From positions 1-64,000 of the forward strand of contig MU008205.1 of the NCBI GenBank assembly GCA_010909165.1: a stretch of 64,000 nucleotides of DNA, in the 5' to 3' direction. The translations under genes and the position numbers were made by a program. The notes beneath the pieces are model-generated. The model did not search any database, was not told the DNA's origin, and saw only the letters and a list, made by a program, of their open reading frames with translations. Shown here one piece after another: positions 1-10,740 of the stretch (position 1 is the first letter of the stretch; each line of letters starts with the position of its first letter). The DNA is from Anthoceros angustus (Eukaryota > Plantae > Anthocerotophyta).

Positions 1-143
1 AAACCTAAGGGTCGAAAAATTATTATTATCTCCAAGGGCCAAGGACCATTCCATAAAAGACGACTCATGATTCTCAAAGCACTTTGCTATTCTAACACAT
101 CCAAAACAAAAAAAATCGTTCATCCTGACACTTGGGAGCGGGG

Positions 144-986
144 TTAGTGCACATGTGGTCTTCCACAGTTTCCGACATTCCTCATAGGTATGTCCTGGAA
201 TATTACAGTACCCGCAGACGGGTTTCCAGGAGGGATTGTTGTACCTCTTCCTCTACTAGGGTAAGTACCCTGATAATTGCCCCGTCCACGGGGGTGTGGT
301 TGTCCTCGCATGCCGCGGCCCCTGCCCCTGAATCTTCTGCCTGTAAAATAGGCGCTGGAGGAAGCTTCTCCAGCGTAAAAAGTGTTGGATAATTTGTGTC
401 TTGCTTCTTCTGTTAGCATAGAGCTAATAACTTTGTTGAATGTCAGGGGAGTTACTCCTTGAAGGGACTGCACAACACTAACCCAGGACTCAGGCAGCGT
501 GGAAAGGAGTAGGGCTGCAGAAAGATCTTCGGTGAGGGCGAATCCAGTGGCCTTGAATTTTGTTGACCAGCTGCGGAAGTGCATATTATGTTGGTCGACG
601 AGATCTCCCTCTTGCATGCGCAGGCCGAAGAAGTGTTTGATGGTGTGTACGGTGTGCATAATATCTGTGGCTGCATAGATATCGTGCAATTGCTGCCAGG
701 CAGCTACTGCAGTGTCTGTGTTTTTGATCTGTTGGACATTCCCATGACGCATAGCCTGGATGATCACGTTGCGTGCTTGTTGATTGGCGTCTTCCCAGTC
801 CTCCTTTTCTTTTGCTGTTCCGTTGGTTGGGTAGGCTATGGGAACAGGGGGGTTGCCTACGCCTTCTACGTAGCCCCATAATTTTCTCTCCTTTAGGATG
901 TTTGTAATCCTGAATTTCCATGTTGGAAAGTTCTGCTGCTGACCATCGAACTTGTCTTCTTTGGACAGGCTGGTGTGGGAGGACAT
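144..986 (-). CDS. Copia-type Gag (Retrotran_gag_2/UBN2-like) with a CCHC zinc knuckle displaced by a 1-nt frameshift
   Basis: ORF begins KFDGQQQNFPTWKFRITNILKERKLWGYV and contains LLLSTLPESW, typical of copia Gag. After the RG-rich segment, a shifted frame reads YNNPSWKPV-CGYCNIPGHTYEEC (216-175). The frameshift lies at about 241-245. Confidence 0.8.
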   Translation of the reverse strand: MSSHTSLSKEDKFDGQQQNFPTWKFRITNILKERKLWGYVEGVGNPPVPIAYPTNGTAKEKEDWEDANQQARNVIIQAMRHGNVQQIKNTDTAVAAWQQLHDIYAATDIMHTVHTIKHFFGLRMQEGDLVDQHNMHFRSWSTKFKATGFALTEDLSAALLLSTLPESWVSVVQSLQGVTPLTFNKVISSMLTEEARHKLSNTFYAGEASSSAYFTGRRFRGRGRGMRGQPHPRGRGNYQGTYPSRGRGTTIPPGNPSAGTVIFQDIPMRNVGNCGRPHVH

Positions 987-1519
987 GGTGTTGGTGGCGT
1001 TCTAAACGCTGAAGACAGTGTTTCTAATTATACTGGATACATCTAACTGCATGGTGAGGACAACTCTGTAAGTTCGTTGAGGGAATTTGATGTGGGAATG
1101 TGGTTCGTCTAGAGTGTTGATTTTCTGTATTATTGAGGTTTGTGTTTCTTGGATTTCCTTTGCAGATGGGAGCCTGAAGAGGTTGTGCTGTCTACATAGA
1201 GAACTGAGGTGAGAGATTACTTGCTCCTTGACATCTGTGAGTGAGATGGGAGCGATGATGTCTAGACAGGTGGTAAATTTCCTTTTCATTGTTGACGGAA
1301 GAGGTATTCTACCTGGATGTATGAGAAGTCATAATCATTAGGTTCTAGGTGACCTCTGAGGAGTAGTTCTTTGCCAATTAAAAGTAGGACACCGCAGGTC
1401 CTGAACCAGCCGTAATGCCAGAGGTTTTCCTGTGCCTCTTTGAGGTATCGAATCTCTCTGTTGGACCTTTGCCATTCAAGGTATTTGGCTTGTTTTTCTG
1501 CCTTCTTTGCGAGGCGTCC

Positions 1520-1657
1520 TCGCCTCTAATCACCAGGCATTAGGTCGCAATTGGCGGGGCATTATGGTGTGGCTGGTATGGATGAGACTTCGCCTCTGAT
1601 CATCAGGCATTAGGTCGCAATTGGCGGGGCATGATGGTGTGGATGGTATGGATGAGA
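1520..1657. repeat. Tandem duplication of a ~70-bp unit in the retroelement leader
   Basis: TCGCCTCT(A/G)ATCA(C/T)CAGGCATTAGGTCGCAATTGGCGGGGCAT...GGATGAGA starts at 1520 and again at 1590. Confidence 0.9.
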
Positions 1658-1682
1658 TCGGTGATCAGAGAGCAGAGATTCT

Positions 1683-1694
1683 GCCCTGATACCA
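1683..1694 (-). other. Primer-binding site (initiator tRNA-Met type)
   Basis: TGGTATCAGGGC versus the canonical TGGTATCAGAGC (1 mismatch), directly next to the LTR-type CA end. Confidence 0.75.
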
Positions 1695-2899
1695 TGTGAT
1701 TGTCACGATTAGATTTGCATTGAAACGTGATCGTTAAGTACAGAGGTGAAACGCTGCGAGCGTACGCGTAACCGTTCGCTTAAGTTCGACTTTTGGTATC
1801 TAGTCTGTAGACCGAAACGTGCCCTAACCTAGGCAGTAGATATGCATTAATAACACCGTGAACTCACTATTCATCAGCACTAGATCTACCATTCCTGCGT
1901 CCGGCTCTCTCCATCTCAGGAACTGTACTAAGAAGGTGTGGAGTGATTTTCTAAACCAAGTGGTCACAAAGAGGCCACATTTACCCTCTTTATCGTTGTA
2001 GACTTGAGATTCGTGCCCAAGGGAGTGATTTCGTGTCAAGACAACCAAAACATAGCCAATCCAACCAAACACGTATAAACACCAAACATCTAGCATGCAC
2101 TGTGCTACTATCCTAACAACACTGCACTGTGGCTATCTTAGCCACGCCTCGACCTGCTACCTTAGCAATGGAGTCCTTGCTATCTTAGCAACCACCCTAT
2201 TTTTAGCAGTGGGGTCCACCTTGGGATCAGCCCCATTAAGAAGGAGGACCCACTTGGGATCCAAGTGGATAAGGTTGACCCCTCTCTCTCTCTTAGCTAT
2301 CCACAAAGTTAGATCCACCAATCAGGGTTGCTGCTCCCGCAAACCGCCCTCTTACTCTTGTAGCACTTCTTCAGGCCTTCTTTCTCCCTCCAACCTTCGC
2401 CCATGCAAACCTCCTCTCACAACCTTGAGGTGCCTCACAAAAGTCCTCATCCAGACCCTTATAGCACTTCACCAACTCTCAAGACACTCTCTATTTTCAA
2501 TCATTCCGTCCTCACTCACGGTTTCCAACCTCCACTCGGCTCTCTTCTTCAAGAACACAACCATCACTTATGCATCTCCTCTTGCTCTCCTCCTCTCAAA
2601 GCCCAATCAAGAACTCTCCATGTCCAGATTCTCCACCTCTCACGTTCACTTTTCCTCTCATTTCCCACACCTGTGCCCACAGCTCACTCACTCTTCCACA
2701 CACAGGCTCCCTTGTCCTCCCTCACACTTGACACCTCGAAAACTCAAACACAAGGTGAGTACTAGACAAGCAGAGAATGAGTAAGAGGTGACAGCCTCCC
2801 GGCTCCACCCCTTCCTCTTGACCTTGAGAACTCCCTCCAAGGAGACCACAAGGCTCCTTGCTTTCCACCACTCTTGCGGATCCGGCCACATGATCCGGC

Positions 2900-5800
2900 A
2901 ACTTAGTAGTCTTCTTAGCTCCTCCTGTGTAGTAAAGTTTTAGACTTACAAAGACTGGATCCGTACCCCCAAACCCGTGCTCACCCCAAACACCGAGACC
3001 TTAGGCCAACATTGCTTACATTTCATCAAGAGGGCCTCTTATACCCAAGATCAGCCACAAAAGTAGCTTGGCCGCCACAAAATACCAATCGGTCTTAGCC
3101 TACCACCCCTAGAGGCCTATCTATTAATTCATCCACTATGAGGGAGGATAAGATTTGATCTATAACACATGGGCCTTATATTCGGCCACTTACCCTATTA
3201 CCTCCCTCTGGCCTCCTAGGCCTCCTAGCCCCATGTTCTCCTCTTGCTCTCCTCCCTCTTGGCTGGTTGGGCAATCTCTCCCACAAAATCTCCCTCCTCA
3301 GGCTGGACTCCTCTCTCTCTTGTGCTCGCAGATAGTCCTGCACTCCTGGTGAGCTCTTGAATCCTGGATGGGTCGGCCGAAGTCCTCCATAAGAATCCAA
3401 CCCATAGGTAGGATCCGATTGCCGTCAAGGCATGGATCAAGTACCTCCATGTCCCCCATGCCCACAACAACATAAACTGTGGAGACAATCTTCTCTCCAG
3501 CCAAGGAGAATCCACCTGCTTCATTCCACTGGAGCTCCTTTAGCCGCCTCCCCGTTGCCCCTCAGCTAAGCCTTCAAAGGAGAGGACCAGAGCTATCTGT
3601 CCTCCATCTCACCCTAGTGCGCCATACCGAGACCCCTCCAGGTGATGTTAGGCCCCCCCACTGGGATGGGTTCCCTCCTTCCTATCTCTGCAATCGACCT
3701 TCCCCGCCACCACTTCCGGTATACTTGAGGTCACTCCTTGAACAGTAGTCACTTTCTGGATCAGTGCCCAAGGGTTGATTCTTCCTGCTGACGGCCACTG
3801 CCCTGAACTCAGCGCCGCCCGGCCTTTCCTTTGTCTTGCTTCGTCTGTGAGCTCCCGTCGTGCTCTTGTGGCTCTAGGAGTGGTTGGAGTCCCCTGCTCA
3901 CCCGACCTCTCTTGGTGCCTGGAGTCTTAGCAACTCCAGTTGCTTTGTTAGCAACTGGCCGATACCTTAGCAACCGCCACATTCCTCTTCATGGACACTT
4001 GGACTTCTCATCTTCACTCCTGCCACCTGGAGATGGCCTCTTCCTCCTCCTCTTTGGGCTTCCTTCTTTCAAACACCGCCTGTGCATGGAAGGTCGAGAC
4101 CATCTCCATCCCTCCAAAGAACTTGGCATGGTCAAAACGTGGATTAAGAAGGAGATAGAGCTGAGGGACCGGGTGTGATGGTAGGTCAAATGGTCCCTCT
4201 CCCGCATGTGGGTCATAGAACATCCCGCCCAATCTATCTTGGACCCTCACCACCACTTCATAGAGAAAGACAAGAAAATGGTCGACAATGTGCTCTAGCT
4301 TCTTAGTGAGCCGAGCACAGGATCCTGGCTAATCCAGCCATTTCGGGGTCTAACTTGTTATGACCCACCCATTCTCCACCCTAGACAATGTGGGAGCAAT
4401 GGCAGGCCTCCCGCAGCTTTTGGGAGATGGCTTCTGAAAGGATCAATGATTATTCCCGCCACATTCCTCTTCAGCAGCCCGGAACAACGAATATTCCAGC
4501 GGGGTTGGTTCTCGTGTTGCCTTCCCCTGTGGCCTTCTCCTCATGTGTCTGCACATTCCGAACCAACACATCAGAGCACCACTTTTTGTCCATGAAGGAC
4601 AAGTGATGCTTAGCCACCAAAGAACCCGCCTTCACTCTCCAGTGCCCCATGTTGGGCCACTGGACAATGGTAATGGCCTCAATGGCCACCGGAGTGTTCT
4701 TCTTAGGCCCCATGCTTCCTGTCCTGTGACGCGAGCTTAGAGCTTACAGGAGCAAAGTGTCCCGGCTACACCGCTACTGCACCACTTCACCACAAGCCTT
4801 CTATGCCACTGCTCGGTATCGCCTCATCGACTCTCACCGAAATTTCTTCTTAGCCCCTGACTTGGAGGATCCCCTATGGAGTAATCACGCCGGCTCCCCA
4901 ACCCCACTCGTGGAGTGCCGACCGATTTTCCCTACTGAATCCTTCAATCTCCCTCATGCATCAAAGCTGTCTCGCGGTCTTGCCCCTCGGCTTGGTATCT
5001 CTGTGTCCCCACGACCTGGAAAGCACGTCTGACTACCCGCAGGTCCTGGATTTATTCCACTCGCAGTCAGCCTATTTTCTATGTCCCCACTCGACTGAGA
5101 CCACCCTCGAATTGGAACCCTGCTCATCGCCGTCAACATGCCGCCGCCTCCGCCGCCACCGCCTTCCTACCTCAAATATGTGAGGTCCGGGGTGTATCCG
5201 CAACCACTTTAGACAGGACCCTCGTGCGCCCGCCTCAGCCCTTTATCCGGCTCCCTTAGAGTGCGTGCCACCAATTTGCACACCGCCTGCACGCCCCCTT
5301 CCCCCCCCACGGCCCCTCACTTACGCCTATTCGTCCGCCGCCTCCTCCTCAATTTCACCAAGTCGCACTCGAGCCGCCGCCTCCTGTGAGTCGGCCCGAT
5401 TATTCCCCACCACTGCTGATGATTATCCCACCGCTTGCTCTGACAGCCCCGCCACGCCTGAGCTCCTCCACCAGTCCTGCTCCGCCGCCTCCTCCTCCTA
5501 CGCCAGAGCCTTGAATGCCGCCGCCTCAAGACTGCCTCCCGCCGCTTCCTCACCCAGATCCGCCCGCCGCCATTCAACCTGCTGCCTCTTGTCAGCATGT
5601 TTCGGCATTACGCCGCGACCGGCGTTCTCCGGCCTCCCACGGCCACGCCCGAGCTTGAGGCTTGGCGCTACCCGCCTGCAAATATTGTCTCTTCCCGCCG
5701 CTGGAAATCGTTAATAGGACCTCATATTACTCGCTCGGTATTTCCAAATGATTTCACCCAATTGGGTTTCCGAATTTATCGGAAAATAACTCCGACTTAG

Positions 5801-5950
5801 TTGCTACCATAACAACAGACTTCCAAGTCGGTTATTGTCACATAGCACAGTCCTTAGCAACGACCTAGCAATCCGCTGCAGCAACCGCCGAGCACCAACC
5901 CCGCGACTTTTCCGTGGATCAGACTCTTCTTCCTACTAGGCTCTAATAGA
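2900..5950 (-). mobile_element. Highly decayed gypsy-like gag remnant
   Basis: Ala/Glu-rich coiled-coil-like frame at about 5300-5600, a degenerate LC..CG..GH zinc-knuckle-like segment at about 3440-3480, and a degenerate PBS-like GGCTCTAATA at about 5939-5948. No intact ORF; boundaries approximate. Confidence 0.35.
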
Positions 5951-6068
5951 CTTTTCTTATTTCCTAACCTACTTCACATTCCAACTCCACACGATTCTCA
6001 CAACTTAAACACAAAACAAAAAAAACACTCCTTTTCGAGGGGGTCTGAGTACCCATGTGGTCACCACA

Positions 6069-6622
6069 GAAGGAATGAGCAAAGCAACTACTTTCATAGG
6101 CTTGAGGAAAGAAGAAGTTTCTGCTTGTCCCAGGTCAGAAGTCTCGGTGCAATATCGTGGTCCATACCAGTTGTCCCCTCTTCAACCCAATCGATGGGCC
6201 AACGATACATCTTCCTCAATCTCGTGGAATGTTGAGCGGCAAGAAGTCCGGAAAATGACGAAAAAGCTGAAAACAACCACCCGGGGCATGTCGGTATGAA
6301 AATCTCCGACCAACGAACTGGCAAACCATCCACTCACTTTGCTTAAAACCCATCTACCCACCTTGGCATTTCGTACAAATAGAGGTATAACCGTGACACT
6401 TGGTCTACCGACCACATCAAGCAGCCAAAATAGCACGATGCGAGCCACAGAGGCACGCCCATATGCACATCGGCATGAAGCTGTGAAGACATTTCGAGGA
6501 AGAAAGGACCCATAAACGTGATCGGAAACTTCACGGTCATACAACACAAAGACGGTGAAGATGCAATAGAACCAACTTCGCCCAAGATACCAAGCATAAC
6601 GCAACTGACCCCACCATTCACA
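6069..6622 (-). pseudogene. ALG2: Inverted ALG2 fragment (end of exon 2 through intron 4, introns retained)
   Basis: The reverse complement matches 9028-9625 and 10977-11520. It translates with indels to VYGSFLPRNVF...VIPL...RNAK and LLAAQHSTRLRKMYRWPIDWVEE. Confidence 0.9.
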
Positions 6623-6909
6623 AAACAACGCAGAGATGACAAGTTGTATCCTCTATACATATAAGACAATAGGCAAGTTAGGTGAGCGCACTAGACTCAC
6701 ACTCGTGAGAGTGCTTCCACATGAAATGATTAGAGAATGTTAATCAAGGTACAATATGACACAAAATATTAAGTACATATGTACATCTGTATTATGCATT
6801 GCAAGTGAGCCGGACTTTCATGTGAGAGTTCTCTCATGTGGGACCACAAGAGTAGGCAAAGTTATTAGAGGCCGGAGATAAAGATTAGATTCCCCGGCCT
6901 TTACCGGAC

Positions 6910-7263
6910 CGTCATGAATGTGCATTGGTATATCTAACAGTACCTACTTCGGGTTACGTCAAGTAACGAATGACAGCTAATGCTTGGCTGTGCATGCTTT
7001 GTGGGTGTGTGATGGCATCCTCGCGGAACCTGCGTGTTGCTATTTGCCATCCTGAGCTTGGAATAGGTGGTTCTATGATCCAATGCCGTGCTCTGAGCTT
7101 CATCGACTAAGATACTACTCAGGGTGTGGGGGTCTGATGGGTGTGGGGGTCTGATGGTGGAATCTTGTCATTGTGGGCAGTGGTGCGGAGAGACTCATTG
7201 TGGATGCAGCTCTAGAATTGACTGCACTGGGACACCATGTGCATGTGTTCACAGCTTATCACG
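6910..7263 (+). pseudogene. ALG2: ALG2 5' fragment (upstream region, exon 1, intron 1, part of exon 2)
   Basis: Matches about 8695-9003. ATG at 7012 reads MASSRNLRVAICHPELGIG, followed by an exon-2 segment ERLIVDAALELTALGHHVHVFTAYHD. A 1-nt loss sits at the exon-2 acceptor junction and homology ends abruptly at about 7263. Confidence 0.9.
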
Positions 7264-8220
7264 ATTTAGCACCGTATGGCGAACCCCAAACAAAGTTTTA
7301 GCACTGTATGGCAAACCCCAAGAGACTAGCCAAAAGGCCCCGCCTATAGGGGCTGTCACCCATTTGACCACTAGCAACTCACCAAAGCAGCACCCGCACG
7401 TGTCCAATTCAACTGACGACGGCCAAGGAATCTTGTAGAAAAGAAGCGCAAAACATAGTTTTGGGTTCACATTGTGAAAATATTTGAGTCTAATCTTGTG
7501 GTCCTTGTATTGTTTTTCCTGCTTTGCAGCCTTGAATCTTTTCCAATATTGTTGTCTACTAGGATTTAATGAATCAATAGTGAATCGACAAGGATTGGAT
7601 GTACAAATTGTGCATCATAAAAATATAAGATTGAACAAAAATATAAGATTGTTGCTGAAATTTGAATCTCCTTGGCGCATATGTAGAAATTAGGCAATGT
7701 AGTATAGAAATAACATGTGGGAAAGGGTGAGTTTTCCGGTTTTCCAAGAACCAAATTCCGGAGGTAGCTTAATGCCTTCATAGGTAGCAAGTAGTGTGTT
7801 CAATCATCACGAGTAACGTGCTCTCATACCGTGCTGAGAATCGTGTTCATATATAACAGGCGGTTACATGTTGTTCCAACCAACATAATCAATTAACTAA
7901 AATAATAAATAATTAATATACTAAGAATTAAATAATACTTAATTGTGGGAATTTCTAGGTGACTAGTAAATAGTGCCCTAAACAGGTAAGTATTTTATCG
8001 TTGATACATGGACTGCTGGAAATAAAATTAGGAAATGACCCAGGCATGTAGCCTGTTCGTTGTGGCAGAAAAACCTAGGAAATAAAGCAGGGCGTCGTCT
8101 TACGTAGAGATTTCAAAGTTAGAAACAAGGGCCTGCTATAAGAGATGGCCTCCTTGATTGTAATAGAAAGCTCAGTTTTGTGCGGAGCTAGGACGTACAA
8201 GCTATCTCGAACAACATGTG

Positions 8221-8396
8221 AGACAAGGTGTCCGGCATACGAGTTGAGAGGTATCAAGGTAGTTCCAGTCCCCTTCCATATTAAGACAAGGTGTCTGGCA
8301 TACGAGTTGAGAGGTATCAAGGTACATAGTTCCAGTCCCCTTCCAGATCTATATGTGAGACAAGGTGTCTGGCGTACGAGTTGAGAGGTATCAAGG
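8221..8396. repeat. Three-copy tandem repeat with a ~39-bp core
   Basis: AGACAAGGTGTC(C/T)GGC(A/G)TACGAGTTGAGAGGTATCAAGG starts at 8221, 8284 and 8358. The linkers both contain TAGTTCCAGTCCCCTTCCA. Confidence 0.9.
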
Positions 8397-8765
8397 CATT
8401 CCTGCAGCAGTCCACTGAAGGACCCCTTCCGATAACCACATCATCGGATGATTCTGCTTTGATATGCTCGAGACTTGGGAACGGGAACGTATATAGGGTG
8501 TATACGTATAGGTAGTGGATTGGCATTACGCCGTAGCCCAAAGCCATATTGTTGGGAAGAAACGGCATTAATAAGTTCTCATATGCTTGAGGCAAACTAG
8601 CTAATGGAATCCTTTGCCGAGTGGTAGTAAGAAGAGTTCTACAAATTTGTTGACTGTGCGTGGTCCCGTAGTAACAGCCCCATGCTCATGACCATACGTC
8701 ATGAATGTGCATTGGTATATCTAACAGTACCTACTGCTTGGCTGTGCACGCTTTGTGGGTGTGTG

Positions 8766-10740
8766 ATGGCGTCCTCGCGGAAGCTCCGTGTTGCTATTTG
8801 CCATCCTGATCTTGGAATAGGTGGTTCTATGATCCAATGCCGTGCTCTGAGGTTCATCGACTGAGCTGCTACTCAGGGTGTGGGGGTCTGATGGTGGAAT
8901 CTTGTCATTGTGGGCAGGTGGTGCGGAGAGACTCATTGTGGATGCAGCCCTAGAATTGACTGCACTGGGACACCATGTGCATGTGTTCACAGCTTATCAC
9001 GATCCTACGCGCTGTTTCGAGGAGACTGTGAATGGTAGGCTGTCCGTTTGCGGTTCACGTCTTTGGTATGCTGACTGAAGTTGGTTCTATTGCCTCTTCA
9101 CCGTGCTGTGTTGTATGACCAGGAAGTTTCCCAGTCACGGTTTATGGGTCCTTTCTTCCTCGAAATGTCTTCAACAGGCTTCATGCCGTGTTTGCATATG
9201 CCCGGTGCCTCTATGTGGCTCTGTGCATCGTGCTATTCTGGCCTGCATTTGATGTGGTGCTGGTAGACCAAGTGTCAGCGGTTATACCTCTGCTGAAGCT
9301 GAAACGAAATGCCAAGGTGGGTAGATGGGTTTTAAGCAAAGTGAGTGGATGGTTTGCTGGTTGCGTTGGTCGGTAGATTTTCATACCTGGGACATGTTCT
9401 GGGGTGGTTGTTTTGCAGGTGCTGTTTTACTGTCATTTTCCGGACTTGCTGCTCGCTCAACATTCCACGAGATTGAGGAAGATGTATCGTTGGCCCATCG
9501 ATTGGGTTGAAGAGACGACAACTGGTATGGACCACGATTTTGCACCGAGACTTATGCCCTGAGACAAGCAGAAACTTCTTCTTTCCTCAAGCCTGTGAAA
9601 GTGGTTGCTTTGCTCATTCCTTCTTAGTACCTGCAGGGTATGCAGTTCCTGAGATGGAGAGAGCCGGATGCAGGAATGGCAGATCTAGTGCTGGTGAACA
9701 GTGAGTTCACGGCAAGCACCTTTGGGATGACTTTCAAGACACTCAACGGAAAAGGTCTGTCCCCAGCAGTCCTGTACCCAGCTGTGGATGTTGAACAGTT
9801 CTCGGTGCCGCCACAGGCTGATTCAGCTTCTGCATCTCAACAATCACTGGAGAAGCTTGGGCCCCTGCTGGCAGGTAGAAGTAAGCTACAACTTCGCACG
9901 TGATTTCCATGCGTAACTTGCTTTCTCCATGATGCCCTCATCATCCATGGGGTCTCCTGTTGCGCAGCCGTGTATTCCTATCCATCAACCGGTTCGAGAG
10001 GAAGAAGAATCTCAGATTGGCAATTTCTGCTTTCTCACGAGTCCTGGAACAGCTGAGTCAGTGTCAAGACAGTGGTGAAGTTGAAGACATCTGGCTTGTG
10101 GTTGCTGGTAAGGATCACACAACCATTACTAGGTCAAGTTCAGCAGTCGTCCATGGCTACATCAATCTCAGGGCATTTTGTGCCTCCTAACATTCCTCTC
10201 GATTCAGGTGGTTACGACCCCCGACTGTCTGAGAATCGTGAGTATTTCAACGAGCTGAACTCCCTTGCTCAGCAGGAGGGCGTCGCAAAGCAAGTAGTCG
10301 TTTTGCCATCTTGCTCAACCTCGGAAAGAAACATGCTGTTGCATGCCTGCATTTGTGTCATCTACACACCCATGGTAAGGAACAACCGCAAATTTGCCTC
10401 CTCCTGATTTTCTTTCCAGTGGACACCACCATAATGCCATGGCGTGCATGTTATTCAGGAAGAGCATTTTGGGATTGTTCCCTTGGAAGCTATGGCTGCA
10501 GGAAAGCCCGTTGTGGCTTGCAACAGTGGAGGCCCTAAAGAAAGTATCAAACACTGTGTAACAGGCCTGCTATGTGAACCCACGCCGCAGAGTTTTTGCC
10601 AGGCCATGTCTTCTCTTAGTGACCCTGAGAAGGCAAGAAGCATGGGCATCGCCGCAAGGCAGCATGTGCAAGAAACATTTTCTAGAAAGGTGTTTGGAAT
10701 TCGGCTAGACAAGTTTATCAGGACCTTAGTAATGCACTAG
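8766..10740 (+). CDS. ALG2: Alpha-1,3/1,6-mannosyltransferase ALG2 (GT4), 8 exons; one apparent 1-nt frameshift at about 9862
   Basis: Exons (approx.) 8766-8820, 8918-9034, 9123-9316, 9419-9524, 9671-9873, 9968-10107, 10209-10374, 10460-10740. Motifs HPDLGIGGAERL, FYCHFPDLLL, FLSINRFERKKN, GGYDPRL and EHFGIVPLEAM. GGGCCCCTGC here versus GGGCTCCCTGC in copy 2 breaks the frame at the exon 5 end. Confidence 0.9.

Larger units (their letters stand above)
1..1696 (-). mobile_element. Ty1/copia-like LTR retroelement, 5' internal part (PBS, leader, gag); continues beyond window start
   Basis: Minus-strand PBS TGGTATCAGGGC (1694-1683) abuts a ...CA LTR-type end at 1696-1695. Gag ORF at 986-144. Full LTR boundaries and TSD are not resolvable. 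Confidence 0.75.

Noticed and set aside
241-245. Programmed ribosomal frameshift before the gag zinc knuckle
   Set aside because: No slippery heptamer is visible, the knuckle normally belongs to Gag, and restoring one base gives a natural RG-YNN reading. A deletion or consensus error explains it.
1695-2900. LTR pair for the gypsy-like remnant (TGTCACGA at 1701 resembles an LTR start)
   Set aside because: No second copy of this sequence or TSD was found in the window, so boundaries cannot be assigned.
8221-8396. CRISPR-like repeat-spacer pattern (three ~39-bp repeats)
   Set aside because: The two spacers are near-identical to each other, there are no cas genes, and the context is eukaryotic. 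It is an ordinary minisatellite.
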